From positions 1 to 64,000 of IMG/VR virus record IMGVR_UViG_3300015245_000002: 64,000 nucleotides of DNA; one strand, 5' to 3'. Below the pieces are notes generated by a model. The model was given only the letters and a program-made list of their open reading frames with translations, ran no database searches and was not told the DNA's origin. The translations under genes and the position numbers were made by a program. The first letter of the stretch is position 1; every line of letters begins with the position of its first letter. This document shows positions 54,024-64,000 of this stretch, piece after piece. The DNA is from a virus.

Positions 54024-55184
54024 GCGCGGAGCGCTGGTGGCAGTGGCCAGCGTTTACGCTTTTGGCGCTCTTCACACTTCACGATGCGAGGATTCTCATC
54101 CGCAAGGCGTGGATCGCGCCGAAGACCACTGTGCCGATGCGCAACATGGGGCAGCCGTTGATCTGGTCAACTGTGTGGGTCACGTTGACACTGGCCGTGG
54201 CGCTGACGATGGTGCCGAAGTGAGCACCAAGGTCCTCCGCGAAACTCACCGCATCCCAGCGCTTCACGGTGGAGATGCGCTCGGTTCCTTCACGCTGCGA
54301 CTGTACTGGGACACGCGGTCCGATGGTCGCGTAGGTTGGGTGGAGTTCGAACTGTTCGAGGTCGTTGGTACCGGCGGATCGCCGTCGCTCGACGGCGCCA
54401 GGGCAGTAGCCTCCGGCATGGTGGAGTGGGACGGATGTACGCAGTTCGAGGTGGCCAACGTTCATATCGAAGAGCTGTGCGATCTCGAGAACCTGTTCCA
54501 CGGGATCCGCGAGACCCGGAAGCTATGCGCCAAGGCGATGGCGTGGAGCACGCGCAATTGGAGCGGAGTATGATCTATGTTGAGCACTCTCGGTCTCATC
54601 GTGAGGCGTCCATGAAGCTTCCGCGGCACATCTCGATGCGCATCAGCCACAACCCGCACGCCGGCGACTACCAACCACTCGAGGAATGGCTACACCTGCA
54701 GATCTACTTGGAGGCCTGTGCCGGTTTCTCGCAGGATGAGTTCGTTTCTCCAGCCGATTTGGCCGAGATCCTGTCACGCGGCGAGGTGTGGGAGATCAAC
54801 TGGAACCCGGACACGCCGGTCGGCTCGTGCACCGTGATCGCTGCAACGCTGGAGCGCGCGCTGGAACTGGCGTGCGCGGGAGACGATCTGTGACCGTTCG
54901 CCGCTGCCCCCAGTGCTCCGCACCGCTTCGGCGTGATCTCCGCCACCTGAACGGTGACGATTCTCAGTTCTGCGACCTCAACGAGACCGCGTTGGCCATG
55001 GACGTGCCGTGCTGATCTCCCTCCCCTGCGGCGCGACCTGGCTCATGGACTCTATCCACCGCGGACTCCATGGCCTACCAACTCGGTTCACGCAGATCGG
55101 GGTGACAAGAGCTTCGCTGGAGCGAGTGATGACGATCGCGCCTCCAAATCGTCACCTCACCACCCCTACCAGTAAGCTGATCAA

Positions 55185-55664
55185 GTGACCGCAGACGGAC
55201 GACGACGTAATGCCCGCAATTTTGTGGCCGGTAAGGGCAACCCGCATTGGGAGAAAGGCAAGAGCCAGAACCCCGGCGGCAGGCCCAAGGCCGACAAGGT
55301 GATGCGGCAGATGATCGCCAGCGAGACGTGCAACGGCCGCGAACTCGCGGCCTATGCTCTTGGCGTGATGCGCTCCACCAATACGGTCAAACTCAAGGAC
55401 GACACCGTGTACAAGTTCACGGATTTGCCAACCGACGGCAAGAGCCGGAACTACGCCCATGACTGGCTCACCGTGCGCGTGGCCGGCAAGGCGCCGTTAG
55501 TCGTGACGGTCGAGGCGCACGAAAGCGATGCCGAGTCGCCCGTGAACTTCGATGCGCTCACCGATGCGCAGCTCGAAGCGCTCGAGGCGCTCGATCGCGC
55601 CTCGGAGCCCAAGCCGGATGTGCCCGATGAGGACGCTGTACCCGCCGCAGACGGCCAGAACTGA
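55185..55664 (+). CDS. terS: Terminase small subunit (DUF5681-like)
   Basis: WEKGKSQNPGGRPK; LTDAQLEAL; directly upstream of terL. Confidence 0.8.
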   Translation: MTADGRRRNARNFVAGKGNPHWEKGKSQNPGGRPKADKVMRQMIASETCNGRELAAYALGVMRSTNTVKLKDDTVYKFTDLPTDGKSRNYAHDWLTVRVAGKAPLVVTVEAHESDAESPVNFDALTDAQLEALEALDRASEPKPDVPDEDAVPAADGQN

Positions 55665-57513
55665 GATCGCCGCTGGGGCCAGGGAGGCGCTGGCGCGGAG
55701 ACGTAGACTCGTCAGCGCCGATGCCGCCAGGGAATCGTTCGCCGAGTTTTGTCGGCAAGCTATTGTGGCTGGCGAGGTCGAAGGAATCACGCGCGTTGAA
55801 TGGGGTAGGCATCTTGAACTTCATTGCTGGGAAGTTCAGATGCAGCTCGAGTCCTGGTTGGTGGCCAACGGCCACGGCACCGAGGAGATGGTGCAGCGCC
55901 AGCGCGGAGCATGGGAGCGAACCGGCGCGACCTGGGAGGATGGCGATTCGGATCCGTGGCTCCGTTACGTATTGGTGCAGAACGCGATCGACAATCTGCC
56001 GCCGGGCACTCTCAAGAGCACGATCGTCATGGTGCTGGCCTTGCCGTGGATCTGGCTGTGGTGCGCCACGTTCTCGATGGGCGCGCTATCCGGGATTGAT
56101 GCCAACGTCGGCCGCGACTCGCGCGCCTGTCGCGAACTCGTGCGCAGTGCGTGGTATCGTGAGACGTTCGGGATCTCATGGACCGACTGCACCATCGACG
56201 ATCCGCTCGATCCGGGCGATGCCCTCGATCTGACGATCAAACGAGACGCCGACGCCGTGGAGGCCTGGGCCACATCGGCTGGAGGTAAGCGTATCTCGCG
56301 AACCATCACCAGGGGGCTTACGGGCGCGCACGTTGACGGAATTTTCCTCGACGATCCAGACGATGCGGATCGCGTCTACAGCGAGCCCGACAGACTTCGT
56401 CCGCAGAACCGATGGGCCCGAGTTGTTGAAACGCGCGTCAACAGTGATCACAGTTCGATCCGCCGAGTCTTGCAGCAGGTTACCCATCCCGAAGGCTTCA
56501 CGACCTACGTGCTATCGATCGCGCGATGGTCTCCGGCGCGCCCCAAGGGTTGGTCGTTGTTCTGTTTACCGGCCGAGTTCGGCTTCGGTCCCGATGATGC
56601 GCCGGCTGAGACGCCATACGGGACCCGGGACTGGCGCAGTCTCAAGGGGGAAACACTACATTCGCGACTATCGCCTGGCGTGCTCGCGGATCGCAAGCTC
56701 AAGATCCCAGGCTACGAGTACCAGTTCAATCAGCGGCGAGACACACTGACCGGCGGAGATTTCGAGCGTCGCTTCGCCAAGTTCTTTATTTTTGAAGGCG
56801 AGCGCATGCCGACCCGTGCGCGTCCGTTGATGTGCGTGACGCGGCTCGATTGTCCGCCGCTAATCGTCAAGCAATCATCACTCGATCGATGGACGCTGAG
56901 CGTTGACGCTGCGAACAGCATCGATCCGGATCCAAAAGGAAAAACCAGCGCAGTCGGCCTGATCGTCGGCGCGACTCGAGCTGACGACAGGTTCATCGTT
57001 GATGATCGCACTCGAGTCCTCGGTGCGTCGGCGACCTATCTGGCGATCTACGAGGCCATCGTCGCCTGGCCGATCGCCTGCGTTTTGGTCGAGCTCAAGG
57101 CGATGGGCCCCAGCGTGATCGCCGAGATTAGGCTGACGATTCAGCGCGGCTGGTATATCCATCCAACATCGAGCGAGCGGATCGATCTGCTCGGCCCGGA
57201 CGGGCGCCGTCCTCGCTGCGAGGTTGAGGCGTTCAAGCCTGGCAAGGACAGTAAGGAACAGCGTTGGCAGGGCATGCTTCCGGACTGGCAAGGCGGACGC
57301 ATATACATGCACGACGGTGCGGACTGGCTGGATCCGACGGTAGATGAGAACCGCCGGACGCTGGACGAGGGATTCGTCGGGGAAATTTCAGCCTTGCCGA
57401 AATCACGGCGTACAGATCGAGCTGATGCGACCGCGCAGTTTATCGCCAAGTACCGCGGACCGCCTGTGTCTCGCCCCTCCTACTCCGGCTGGGTCGTCCC
57501 GATAGCGCGCTGA
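55627..57513 (+). CDS. terL: Terminase large subunit
   Basis: Walker A NLPPGTLKST, LTG, Walker B IFLDDP, YQFNQ, RNaseH-like LSVD and DRADA. Confidence 0.9.
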   Translation: MRTLYPPQTARTEIAAGAREALARRRRLVSADAARESFAEFCRQAIVAGEVEGITRVEWGRHLELHCWEVQMQLESWLVANGHGTEEMVQRQRGAWERTGATWEDGDSDPWLRYVLVQNAIDNLPPGTLKSTIVMVLALPWIWLWCATFSMGALSGIDANVGRDSRACRELVRSAWYRETFGISWTDCTIDDPLDPGDALDLTIKRDADAVEAWATSAGGKRISRTITRGLTGAHVDGIFLDDPDDADRVYSEPDRLRPQNRWARVVETRVNSDHSSIRRVLQQVTHPEGFTTYVLSIARWSPARPKGWSLFCLPAEFGFGPDDAPAETPYGTRDWRSLKGETLHSRLSPGVLADRKLKIPGYEYQFNQRRDTLTGGDFERRFAKFFIFEGERMPTRARPLMCVTRLDCPPLIVKQSSLDRWTLSVDAANSIDPDPKGKTSAVGLIVGATRADDRFIVDDRTRVLGASATYLAIYEAIVAWPIACVLVELKAMGPSVIAEIRLTIQRGWYIHPTSSERIDLLGPDGRRPRCEVEAFKPGKDSKEQRWQGMLPDWQGGRIYMHDGADWLDPTVDENRRTLDEGFVGEISALPKSRRTDRADATAQFIAKYRGPPVSRPSYSGWVVPIAR

Positions 57514-57551
57514 TTTCGCCCCATTGCACCTCGCGCGCCGACACTTCAGCG

Positions 57552-59996
57552 GTGAAGTGGCGATTTCCGTGGAGCCGCGAAGCGGCCGTTATCGATAAGG
57601 CCGCGGCTGCCGGCCCGGGGGGCTTCACGCCAACAGTGACTGTCCCGCCGCCCACGAAGCCAGCCGGCGCCGACGGCACGGCGATCATCGGCGGTTTCGT
57701 CGTCTCGGGCGAGCGCGATCCGAAGCTGACCTCGCTCAACAAGTGGGTGACCTACGACAACGCGACGCTCAACGTCGCGATCATCGGCTCAGCGATCAAC
57801 GTTTGGACGCAGCTCGCGGGCTCGGCGACTTGGAGTGTCGAGCCGAACAAGCGCGGCGGCGCGGATGCGCAGCGGGCCGCGGATCTCGTGCAAGAGGGCT
57901 TGCTCGATGCGCAGCTCTCGGTGCCCTGGCGGCAGATCGTACGCCGCCAGATCATGAAAAAGTTCCGTGGTTTCGCGATGCACGAAATCGTGTTGCGGCG
58001 ACGGAGCGACGACATGATCGTCGTCGGGGATATCCAGGACAGGCCGCAGTGGACAATATACCGCTGGAACAGGCCAGATCCGCAGGCTGAATGGGAGGGC
58101 GTCGAGCAGCTCACTCAGCAGGGTTACTCGAGTACGTACTACATCCCGCGCGAGCGGCTGTTCTACAGCGTCGAGAATACGCTGTCGCCGAACCCGGAAG
58201 GCGTCGGACTCCTGCGGCAGATGGCCGAGAGCGTGCGCGTGCTGGAGATCTACCAGCGGCTCGAGGGTGTCGGTTTTCAGACCGAGCTCGGTGGGGTGCC
58301 GATCGCCAGGGCGCCGTTATCGAAGATCGCTCAGGATCTCGGCACACAGGGCAAGTCAGATCTGGAGATTCAGGTCGCTGTCAGGGAGAAGGTCTCGATG
58401 CTCGAGGCATTCCTGCGTAGCCACAACCGGAACCCCGAGTCTGGCCTGATGCTCGACAGCGCGACCTACACGAACCGGGACGCGTCGCTCACCCCGAGCT
58501 CGATCTACGAGTGGGCCTTCGATCTGATCAAGTCCTCGGGTGGAGACATGGGCTCGATCGGTACGGCGATCGGACGTGTCACCCGCGACATCGCCCGGGT
58601 CATGTGCGCGGAGTGGCTACTCCTCGGCGGCGAGGATAGCGGCGGCGCGTACTCGATGCACGCGGACAAGACGGCCATGTTTGGCCTCGTCGTGAACTCC
58701 GCGCTAAACGACGTGGCCGACGACGCTCGCCGGGACATCGCGACGCGGCTCGTGGCGCTCAACGGCCTGGATCCGGAGCTCTGCACGCCGCGTCTGGTCG
58801 CTGCGCCCGTCGCCACGGGTGCGGTCAAGGACGCATGCGCAGCTCTCGCTGCGCTGTTCCAGGCCGGGCTCAATCCGACCGATCCAGCCATCAACGTGCT
58901 GCGCAGTCGGATGGATCTGCCGCCGGCGCCCTCGATCGACGAGACGGATCTACTCCTGCCCCGCGGCACGGAGATCGAGCGTCTTGGAGCCGATGGGCGG
59001 ATCGAGGCGGTCGAGGCCGCGACGGGGCAGCCTGTCGGCCCTGGGGCCGCACCGACCGACGCCGCACCAGGCAAGCCTGGGAACGCGAACGCGCGATCCG
59101 TGGGGAAATACGCGCCCGATCAGTCAAGGGATGAGCATGGGCAATGGTCCAGCGGAGGTGGCGGTGGCGGTGGCGGGGCGTGGACGCGCGCCTTTGACTC
59201 TCGCGATCACATGCGAGAGATCGAGATTCACCGATCTACCGAATCCGAGCACCGGGCCGCGGCCAGTGATCTAAAATCAAAGATCGGCGAGCTCCGAAGT
59301 CAATCGAAAGACGCAACGCCGGGCCGGGCCGCGCAAATCGATCGTCGTATCGGTCGACTGCAGGCGCAGCACGACGAGCATGTCGGGATCGCGCATGACG
59401 CCGCATCCGCGCGGCGTGCCACGCAGGCAGATCTCGCGGGTCGCCGCGCCTCGCATGCTCAGGGCTTACGCGATCAGGCCGATGCCCGTCGCGAGGCAGA
59501 TGCGCATCAGGTACAAGACGAGCGAGACGCGATCGGCAGAGTCGGCGGTATGCGGATCGGCGGTGAAGGCGATCACGGCGCCGAGGGCGAGAGCAGCAGC
59601 CCCGTTCCGCACTACTCGGATACGCCCGATCACCACATGGGGATCGGTACAGGTGAACGGATCGCTGGCGAGCCTGTCGTGGCGCCAGTGGTGCCCCAAC
59701 GGGGACTGACCTCGGAGGACTGGGCGGAGCGTGGCCGTGCGAGCCACGCCGAGTGGGCCGCGGCGCAGGATCATCAACGACTGCAAGCCGAGACCGCGGC
59801 GCGCCAAACGGCCCGCGCCAACGATGAATACAAGCAACGGGAGCAAGGCGCCCGTGATCTGCCAGTAGCCAGCGCCAGGCCCAGTCTCGGGCAACGGCTA
59901 CGCGGGATGCTGGGCAGCAAGAAGGCATCGGCCACTGCGGTCGACTTGCTCGAGCTTGAGGCGATGCTCGATGAGCACGAGGAGCCGACGAAGTGA
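57552..59996 (+). CDS. Portal protein (DUF935/Mu gp29-like) with a ~300-aa C-terminal extension
   Basis: FRGFAMHEIV, PEGVGLLR, ELGGVP, GGAYSM, RLVALNG, LRSRMDLP; follows terL. Confidence 0.88.
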   Translation: MKWRFPWSREAAVIDKAAAAGPGGFTPTVTVPPPTKPAGADGTAIIGGFVVSGERDPKLTSLNKWVTYDNATLNVAIIGSAINVWTQLAGSATWSVEPNKRGGADAQRAADLVQEGLLDAQLSVPWRQIVRRQIMKKFRGFAMHEIVLRRRSDDMIVVGDIQDRPQWTIYRWNRPDPQAEWEGVEQLTQQGYSSTYYIPRERLFYSVENTLSPNPEGVGLLRQMAESVRVLEIYQRLEGVGFQTELGGVPIARAPLSKIAQDLGTQGKSDLEIQVAVREKVSMLEAFLRSHNRNPESGLMLDSATYTNRDASLTPSSIYEWAFDLIKSSGGDMGSIGTAIGRVTRDIARVMCAEWLLLGGEDSGGAYSMHADKTAMFGLVVNSALNDVADDARRDIATRLVALNGLDPELCTPRLVAAPVATGAVKDACAALAALFQAGLNPTDPAINVLRSRMDLPPAPSIDETDLLLPRGTEIERLGADGRIEAVEAATGQPVGPGAAPTDAAPGKPGNANARSVGKYAPDQSRDEHGQWSSGGGGGGGGAWTRAFDSRDHMREIEIHRSTESEHRAAASDLKSKIGELRSQSKDATPGRAAQIDRRIGRLQAQHDEHVGIAHDAASARRATQADLAGRRASHAQGLRDQADARREADAHQVQDERDAIGRVGGMRIGGEGDHGAEGESSSPVPHYSDTPDHHMGIGTGERIAGEPVVAPVVPQRGLTSEDWAERGRASHAEWAAAQDHQRLQAETAARQTARANDEYKQREQGARDLPVASARPSLGQRLRGMLGSKKASATAVDLLELEAMLDEHEEPTK

Positions 59997-60634
59997 CCAT
60001 CTTCACCCAAACCATCGGCTCGAACTCCTACGAGGTCTACGGGGGACTCACCGCTGCACTGGCGTACCTGACCGCAGCGGCGGATGATGGTGCGGTAGCG
60101 TTCATCGGGCTCGATGCAGACAACCAGGTCAGGCGTCTGGTCGGCGCGACCCGCTACATCGACTCGATGTCGTGGGTGGGCGCCCCGACGGGGCTCGCAG
60201 GTGCCACGCCGACCACGCTGCAGTTTCCGCGCACCGGACTCACCAACGGACTCATGCAGCCGGTGGATAGCACCACGGTGCCGCTGGTCGTGGTCGAGGC
60301 AGCGTTCGAAATGGCTGCGATCCTCTCAGGGGACTCGAGCGCAGCGGCGAACGTCGACACCGGAAGCAACGTGCAGAGCCTTGGTGCCGGCCCGGCGAAC
60401 CTGTCGTTTTTTAGGCCGCAGTCCGTGGCCGACGGCAACGCGACCCGGCTACCGACTGTGGTGGACCGGCTCATCGGCAGGTGGCTGGCCTCGAGCGGCA
60501 GCACGGTGGTTGCGGGGATCGCTACGGGCGTGGATGGACGCAGCGACTTCAGAGAGGCGGCGTGCGGCAGGTGTGGGGCCACGAGCGGGTGCCGCTGCGT
60601 GAGGGGTGTGCGGGATGTTAAGTGGCCGGTGTAG
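59993..60634 (+). CDS. Head-tail adaptor (DnaT-like annotated family)
   Basis: A.AYL, LVGATRYID, LQFPR, VP..V..AAFEMA. Confidence 0.75.
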   Translation: MTIFTQTIGSNSYEVYGGLTAALAYLTAAADDGAVAFIGLDADNQVRRLVGATRYIDSMSWVGAPTGLAGATPTTLQFPRTGLTNGLMQPVDSTTVPLVVVEAAFEMAAILSGDSSAAANVDTGSNVQSLGAGPANLSFFRPQSVADGNATRLPTVVDRLIGRWLASSGSTVVAGIATGVDGRSDFREAACGRCGATSGCRCVRGVRDVKWPV

Positions 60635-60688
60635 ATTGTCGCTGACGTGATCTCGCCCCATCCCGTCACCCGCCGCGATGCTGTCCTC

Positions 60689-61066
60689 GTGGCTCTCAAC
60701 ATCGCCAAAACGATCGCCTCGGCCCTTTCCAAGGCTGGCAAGCCGTTGGGCGTGAAGTCCTGCACGCTGCTCAAGTCGAGCCCCGGCACCCGCGCTCCAG
60801 GCGCCACTGCCAGCGGCACAAATCCGACCGTGACGAGTTACGCGGCCGTCGGCATGGTCACGGCTTATGCGACCGAGATTTTGCCCGACTCCACGATCGC
60901 GGTGAAGAAGCGCTCCGTGCTGTTGCTTGGCGCGACCATCGTGGGCGGTGCTATGCCGGCTCCAGGCGACCGCATCGTCATCGGTGGCGAGACGCTGACC
61001 ATCGATCCGGGTGGCGCCAAGGCGGATCCGGTCCAAGCCACTTGGCAATGCGAGACCACGCTGTGA
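60689..61066 (+). CDS. Putative head-closure protein
   Basis: PAPGDRI, DPVQATWQC; follows adaptor; GTG start predicted from promoter spacing. Confidence 0.65.
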   Translation: MALNIAKTIASALSKAGKPLGVKSCTLLKSSPGTRAPGATASGTNPTVTSYAAVGMVTAYATEILPDSTIAVKKRSVLLLGATIVGGAMPAPGDRIVIGGETLTIDPGGAKADPVQATWQCETTL

Positions 61067-61067
61067 C

Positions 61068-62048
61068 ATGCGGACCGCCGCCGACGCTCAATCCCTGATC
61101 GGCAACACCGCCGCTGCGGTCAAGCATGCCTGGATCGCGCTCGTGGTTCGGCTGCGGGCCGCGAACCCGCCGGACGCGCTCCAGCACCGGCTGCATGCCA
61201 TGGAGCCGGTGCTCGGCACTGATCCAGCGGCTCGCGCCCTGGCCGCTGCGTATACTTCGCAGTTCGTGGCCACGGGCGCCGCGGTCGCGGCAGATGCGAC
61301 GCAGCAGTCGGCCGCTTCGGTCCGCAAGGACGTCGGCTCACCCGCCGACGTGATCGGGTTCGATCCAATCGCCCAAGGCGTGTTGACTTGGGCCGAGCGT
61401 AACCGGCTCGATCTGATCCGGGGCATCACATCCGAGCAGCGGATCATGATCCGTTTCGCGCTCAGCGAGGCGCAGTCCAGCGGCGAGAGTCCGCTGACCA
61501 CGGCACGGGTGATCCAGGAGTCGATCGGACTGAGCGAGCAGCAACTCGAGTGGGTGCAGAGCTTCGAGCGATCCCTGCGCGCCGGTCAGCTCTCCGCAGC
61601 CGCGGATCGCGCTCTGGTCGATGGCCGCACCGCGCGCATGCTGCGGACCGCGGACGAGCTCGCGCCCGCGCAGATCGATCGCGCTGTCTCCAGGTACCGC
61701 GACAAGATGATCACGTTCCGTGCTCAGACCATCGCTAGAACCGAGGCCTCGCGCATCGTGGGTCAGGGTACAACCGAGATGTACGATCAGGCGATCGAGC
61801 GCGGAGACTTAGTCGCGACGCAGCTCGAATGCACGTGGAATCACAGCCCGACGGCCAAGGATCACAGCCACGATCGCGACTTCCATGTTTCGATGCACAA
61901 GCAGACTCGCGCATGGGGTGAGCCGTTCGTCTCGGGCCTCGGCAACGAACTCATGTATCCGTGCGATCCAGACGCGGAGCCGAAGGAGACCGTGAACTGT
62001 CGTTGTGCGCGTACGGTACGACTGAGACCGAGGCGCAGTTTGGTGTAA
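61068..62048 (+). CDS. MuF/SPP1 gp7-like minor head protein
   Basis: RAQTIARTE, R..H..MH, LMYPCDP...ETVNCRC. Confidence 0.9.
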   Translation: MRTAADAQSLIGNTAAAVKHAWIALVVRLRAANPPDALQHRLHAMEPVLGTDPAARALAAAYTSQFVATGAAVAADATQQSAASVRKDVGSPADVIGFDPIAQGVLTWAERNRLDLIRGITSEQRIMIRFALSEAQSSGESPLTTARVIQESIGLSEQQLEWVQSFERSLRAGQLSAAADRALVDGRTARMLRTADELAPAQIDRAVSRYRDKMITFRAQTIARTEASRIVGQGTTEMYDQAIERGDLVATQLECTWNHSPTAKDHSHDRDFHVSMHKQTRAWGEPFVSGLGNELMYPCDPDAEPKETVNCRCARTVRLRPRRSLV

Positions 62049-62084
62049 TCGCCCCCAGGTGCCAGCGGGCACGAAGCTTGCTGT

Positions 62085-64000
62085 ATGCCCGCAGCGCCAT
62101 ACTACAGGCTTCGAATCAAGAGCCTGAAATTCATTTCTGCCGTCGATGCAGGCGCGCAGGGACCCATCGCAAATGTGGCGCTGATCAAGCGCGCGCCGAC
62201 CGGGGATGACGTCGATGCGACTTGTCGGGTCGTCAAGGTCGACGAGAAAATGGGCCTTGTCTTCGGGTGGGCCCTGGCCACATCGCTTGACGGCGGCGAG
62301 ACGCCACATGTCGATCTCCAGCAGGACGCAATCGTCGGTGACGACGAGCTGATCAAGATCGCCGCGGAGTTCATGGAGGCTTCTGCGGCGTCGGACGTGA
62401 TGCACGATGACAGCCCCGACGGGAAGATCGTGTTCTGTATCCCGCTCACCAAGGCGGTGACCGACGCTCTTGGCATCGCGTCCAAGGTCCACGGCCTGGC
62501 GATCGGCATGCGACCGTCGCCGGAGACGTTTGCGCGGTTCGTGAGCAAGGAGCTCAACGCGTTTTCCATTGCCGGCATCGGCGAGCGAGAGCTCGTTGCG
62601 AAGACTGACGTGCCGGCGTGCTCGAGCTGCGGCAAGTACGGCAAGGCAGACGACGAGACTTGCAAGGATTGCGGCAAGGCGATGAAGGCTGCGACCACCA
62701 AGTCTGTCCTCTCCACCGCGGACAAGGACTCGCTGCCAGACAGCGCGTTTCTGTTCGTCGAGAGCGGTGGCACCAAGGAAGGCGGCAAGACGACCCCGCT
62801 CTCGTTGCGGCACTTCCCGTATCGCGACAGCGCCGGGAAACTGGATATCGTGCACTTGCGCGCGGCGTGCAGCGATATCCCGAAGTCTTCGTTGCCCAAG
62901 GATGTTCGCGACAAGCTCCAGGTCAGGGCCGAGAAGTTGCTCGGACAGCAACACATGGCGGCGAAGCGCGCCGCCGTTTCGGTCCCTGGCCAGGTCGCCA
63001 AGGGTACCGTCCTGACCAGCGCCGTCGACGGCCATGCGCACTCGATCGTGCTCACGGATCCGGCTGACAAATGGCGCTGCGGCGCATGGTCCACGAGCTA
63101 TCAGGCCAGCGAGGGCTCGGACATGACCCACAACCATGCGCTGACCTACGACGAAGCGACCGGAGTCATCACCGTTGGTGAGGACAGCGGCCACACGCAT
63201 ACGGTCGACGCGATCGTGCCGATTGGACTTCGGGCCGCGGCGGTCTCCGACGAGTCGAGTGATGGCGTCTGCGCGGCGCCACCTGTCGACGATGATGATG
63301 GGTCCGGGCCGACGATCGTTATCGTCTCAGCGCGAGCCCCTGAAGGTATTTCGCCCCCCTCAACCCAAGCACGTAGCGTGAAGAGTAAGGACAAGGAGCC
63401 CACTGTAATGGCCGACCACAACGATGTGATTCGCGCTCTCCAAACGGAGAACGCACTGCTCAAGAGCATGGCCACGCTGACCGACGCGCAGCGGGCCCAC
63501 CACGACAAGCTGATTTCCAAGGGCGTCAAGAGCGATGCCGATGCATTCCTGTCGCTCACCTCGACGCAGCGGAATGTGGTTCTCGGCGAGATCGCCAAGG
63601 CCAACACCGAGGTCTACACCTCCAAGAGCACCGGGCGCGTCTACCGCAACGATGACGCCATCGAGATTATCGAGGCGGCCCGTCAGACCGATGCGATGGC
63701 CGAGACCATGAAGCGTCTCGACACCGAGCGTACCGAGTTGGACTTCTCCAAGCGCGGAGCGGTCGCCTTCGCAAATTTCGCGAAGGGCGTGAAGGGCAAC
63801 CTACACGGCCGATTCATGAAGGCGCTGGCTGGTGAGTTCACTGATCCGGCCGAATTCGCCGAGGCCGAGCGTGCATTCAAGCAGGCCAATGTGGCACTCG
63901 CCGAACTCACCAAGGTCCGTGGCTACACGCCGAGCGAAGAGGAGTCTGGCGCGAACGTGGCGCAGAAGAAACTGCACGTCGCCGTCGACGAATTCGCCAA
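62085..64000 (+). CDS. XkdF-like prohead protease fused to accessory domains and scaffold (3'-truncated; not in ORF track)
   Basis: Manual translation MPAAPYYRL...KVDEKMGLVFGWA...DLQQD...MH...FSIAG; internal AAGGAG-ATG at 63408 in frame. Confidence 0.85.
   Translation, partial: MPAAPYYRLRIKSLKFISAVDAGAQGPIANVALIKRAPTGDDVDATCRVVKVDEKMGLVFGWALATSLDGGETPHVDLQQDAIVGDDELIKIAAEFMEASAASDVMHDDSPDGKIVFCIPLTKAVTDALGIASKVHGLAIGMRPSPETFARFVSKELNAFSIAGIGERELVAKTDVPACSSCGKYGKADDETCKDCGKAMKAATTKSVLSTADKDSLPDSAFLFVESGGTKEGGKTTPLSLRHFPYRDSAGKLDIVHLRAACSDIPKSSLPKDVRDKLQVRAEKLLGQQHMAAKRAAVSVPGQVAKGTVLTSAVDGHAHSIVLTDPADKWRCGAWSTSYQASEGSDMTHNHALTYDEATGVITVGEDSGHTHTVDAIVPIGLRAAAVSDESSDGVCAAPPVDDDDGSGPTIVIVSARAPEGISPPSTQARSVKSKDKEPTVMADHNDVIRALQTENALLKSMATLTDAQRAHHDKLISKGVKSDADAFLSLTSTQRNVVLGEIAKANTEVYTSKSTGRVYRNDDAIEIIEAARQTDAMAETMKRLDTERTELDFSKRGAVAFANFAKGVKGNLHGRFMKALAGEFTDPAEFAEAERAFKQANVALAELTKVRGYTPSEEESGANVAQKKLHVAVDEFA

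Larger units (their letters stand above)
1..64000. mobile_element. Temperate tailed bacteriophage genome segment
   Basis: Terminase, portal, head protease, endolysin, integrase, cI/cro-like pair, recombination and replication modules; dense small ORFs coupled by ATGA/GTGA overlaps; no housekeeping genes. Confidence 0.97.

Noticed and set aside
61809-63200. 463-aa and 330-aa minus-strand ORFs
   Set aside because: Antisense shadows of the plus-strand protease ORF that the track missed because it has no stop in the window
1-64000. Diversity-generating retroelement, retron, intron or intein
   Set aside because: No reverse-transcriptase motifs, template/variable repeat pair or intein signatures were seen

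Overview
The window is a 64 kb piece of a high-GC temperate tailed phage genome with no host genes. The integrase has phage genes on both sides, which suggests the non-integrated form. Gene order: lysis cassette (holin-like, lipoprotein, papain-like protease, amidase); a long leftward accessory/early arm (RNA ligase, pentapeptide protein, tyrosine integrase, AEP-like, SLOG, MazG-like, sensor-HAMP membrane protein, Cas4-like/RecT/SSB module); a cI/cro-like switch near 28.2 kb; a rightward arm (5'-nucleotidase, two adenine MTases, XF1762/Mom-like, SF2 helicase, VRR-NUC, primase-VapE helicase, AT-rich origin); a second accessory region; then terS, terL, portal, adaptor, MuF-like and an XkdF-like protease/scaffold running off the end. 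Main observations: (1) three dispersed RiPP-precursor-like peptides with a shared double-glycine-type leader and no modifying enzyme in the window, one missing from the ORF track; (2) a late-promoter motif TCGCCCC exactly 36 nt upstream of several morphogenesis start codons; (3) repeated leaderless sigma70 promoter cassettes with ribbon-helix-helix regulators; (4) a portal with a ~300 aa extension; (5) a hairpin-dense non-coding segment. A myxobacterial host is an inference from peptide-leader style only. All family calls come from motifs read by eye; no database search was run.
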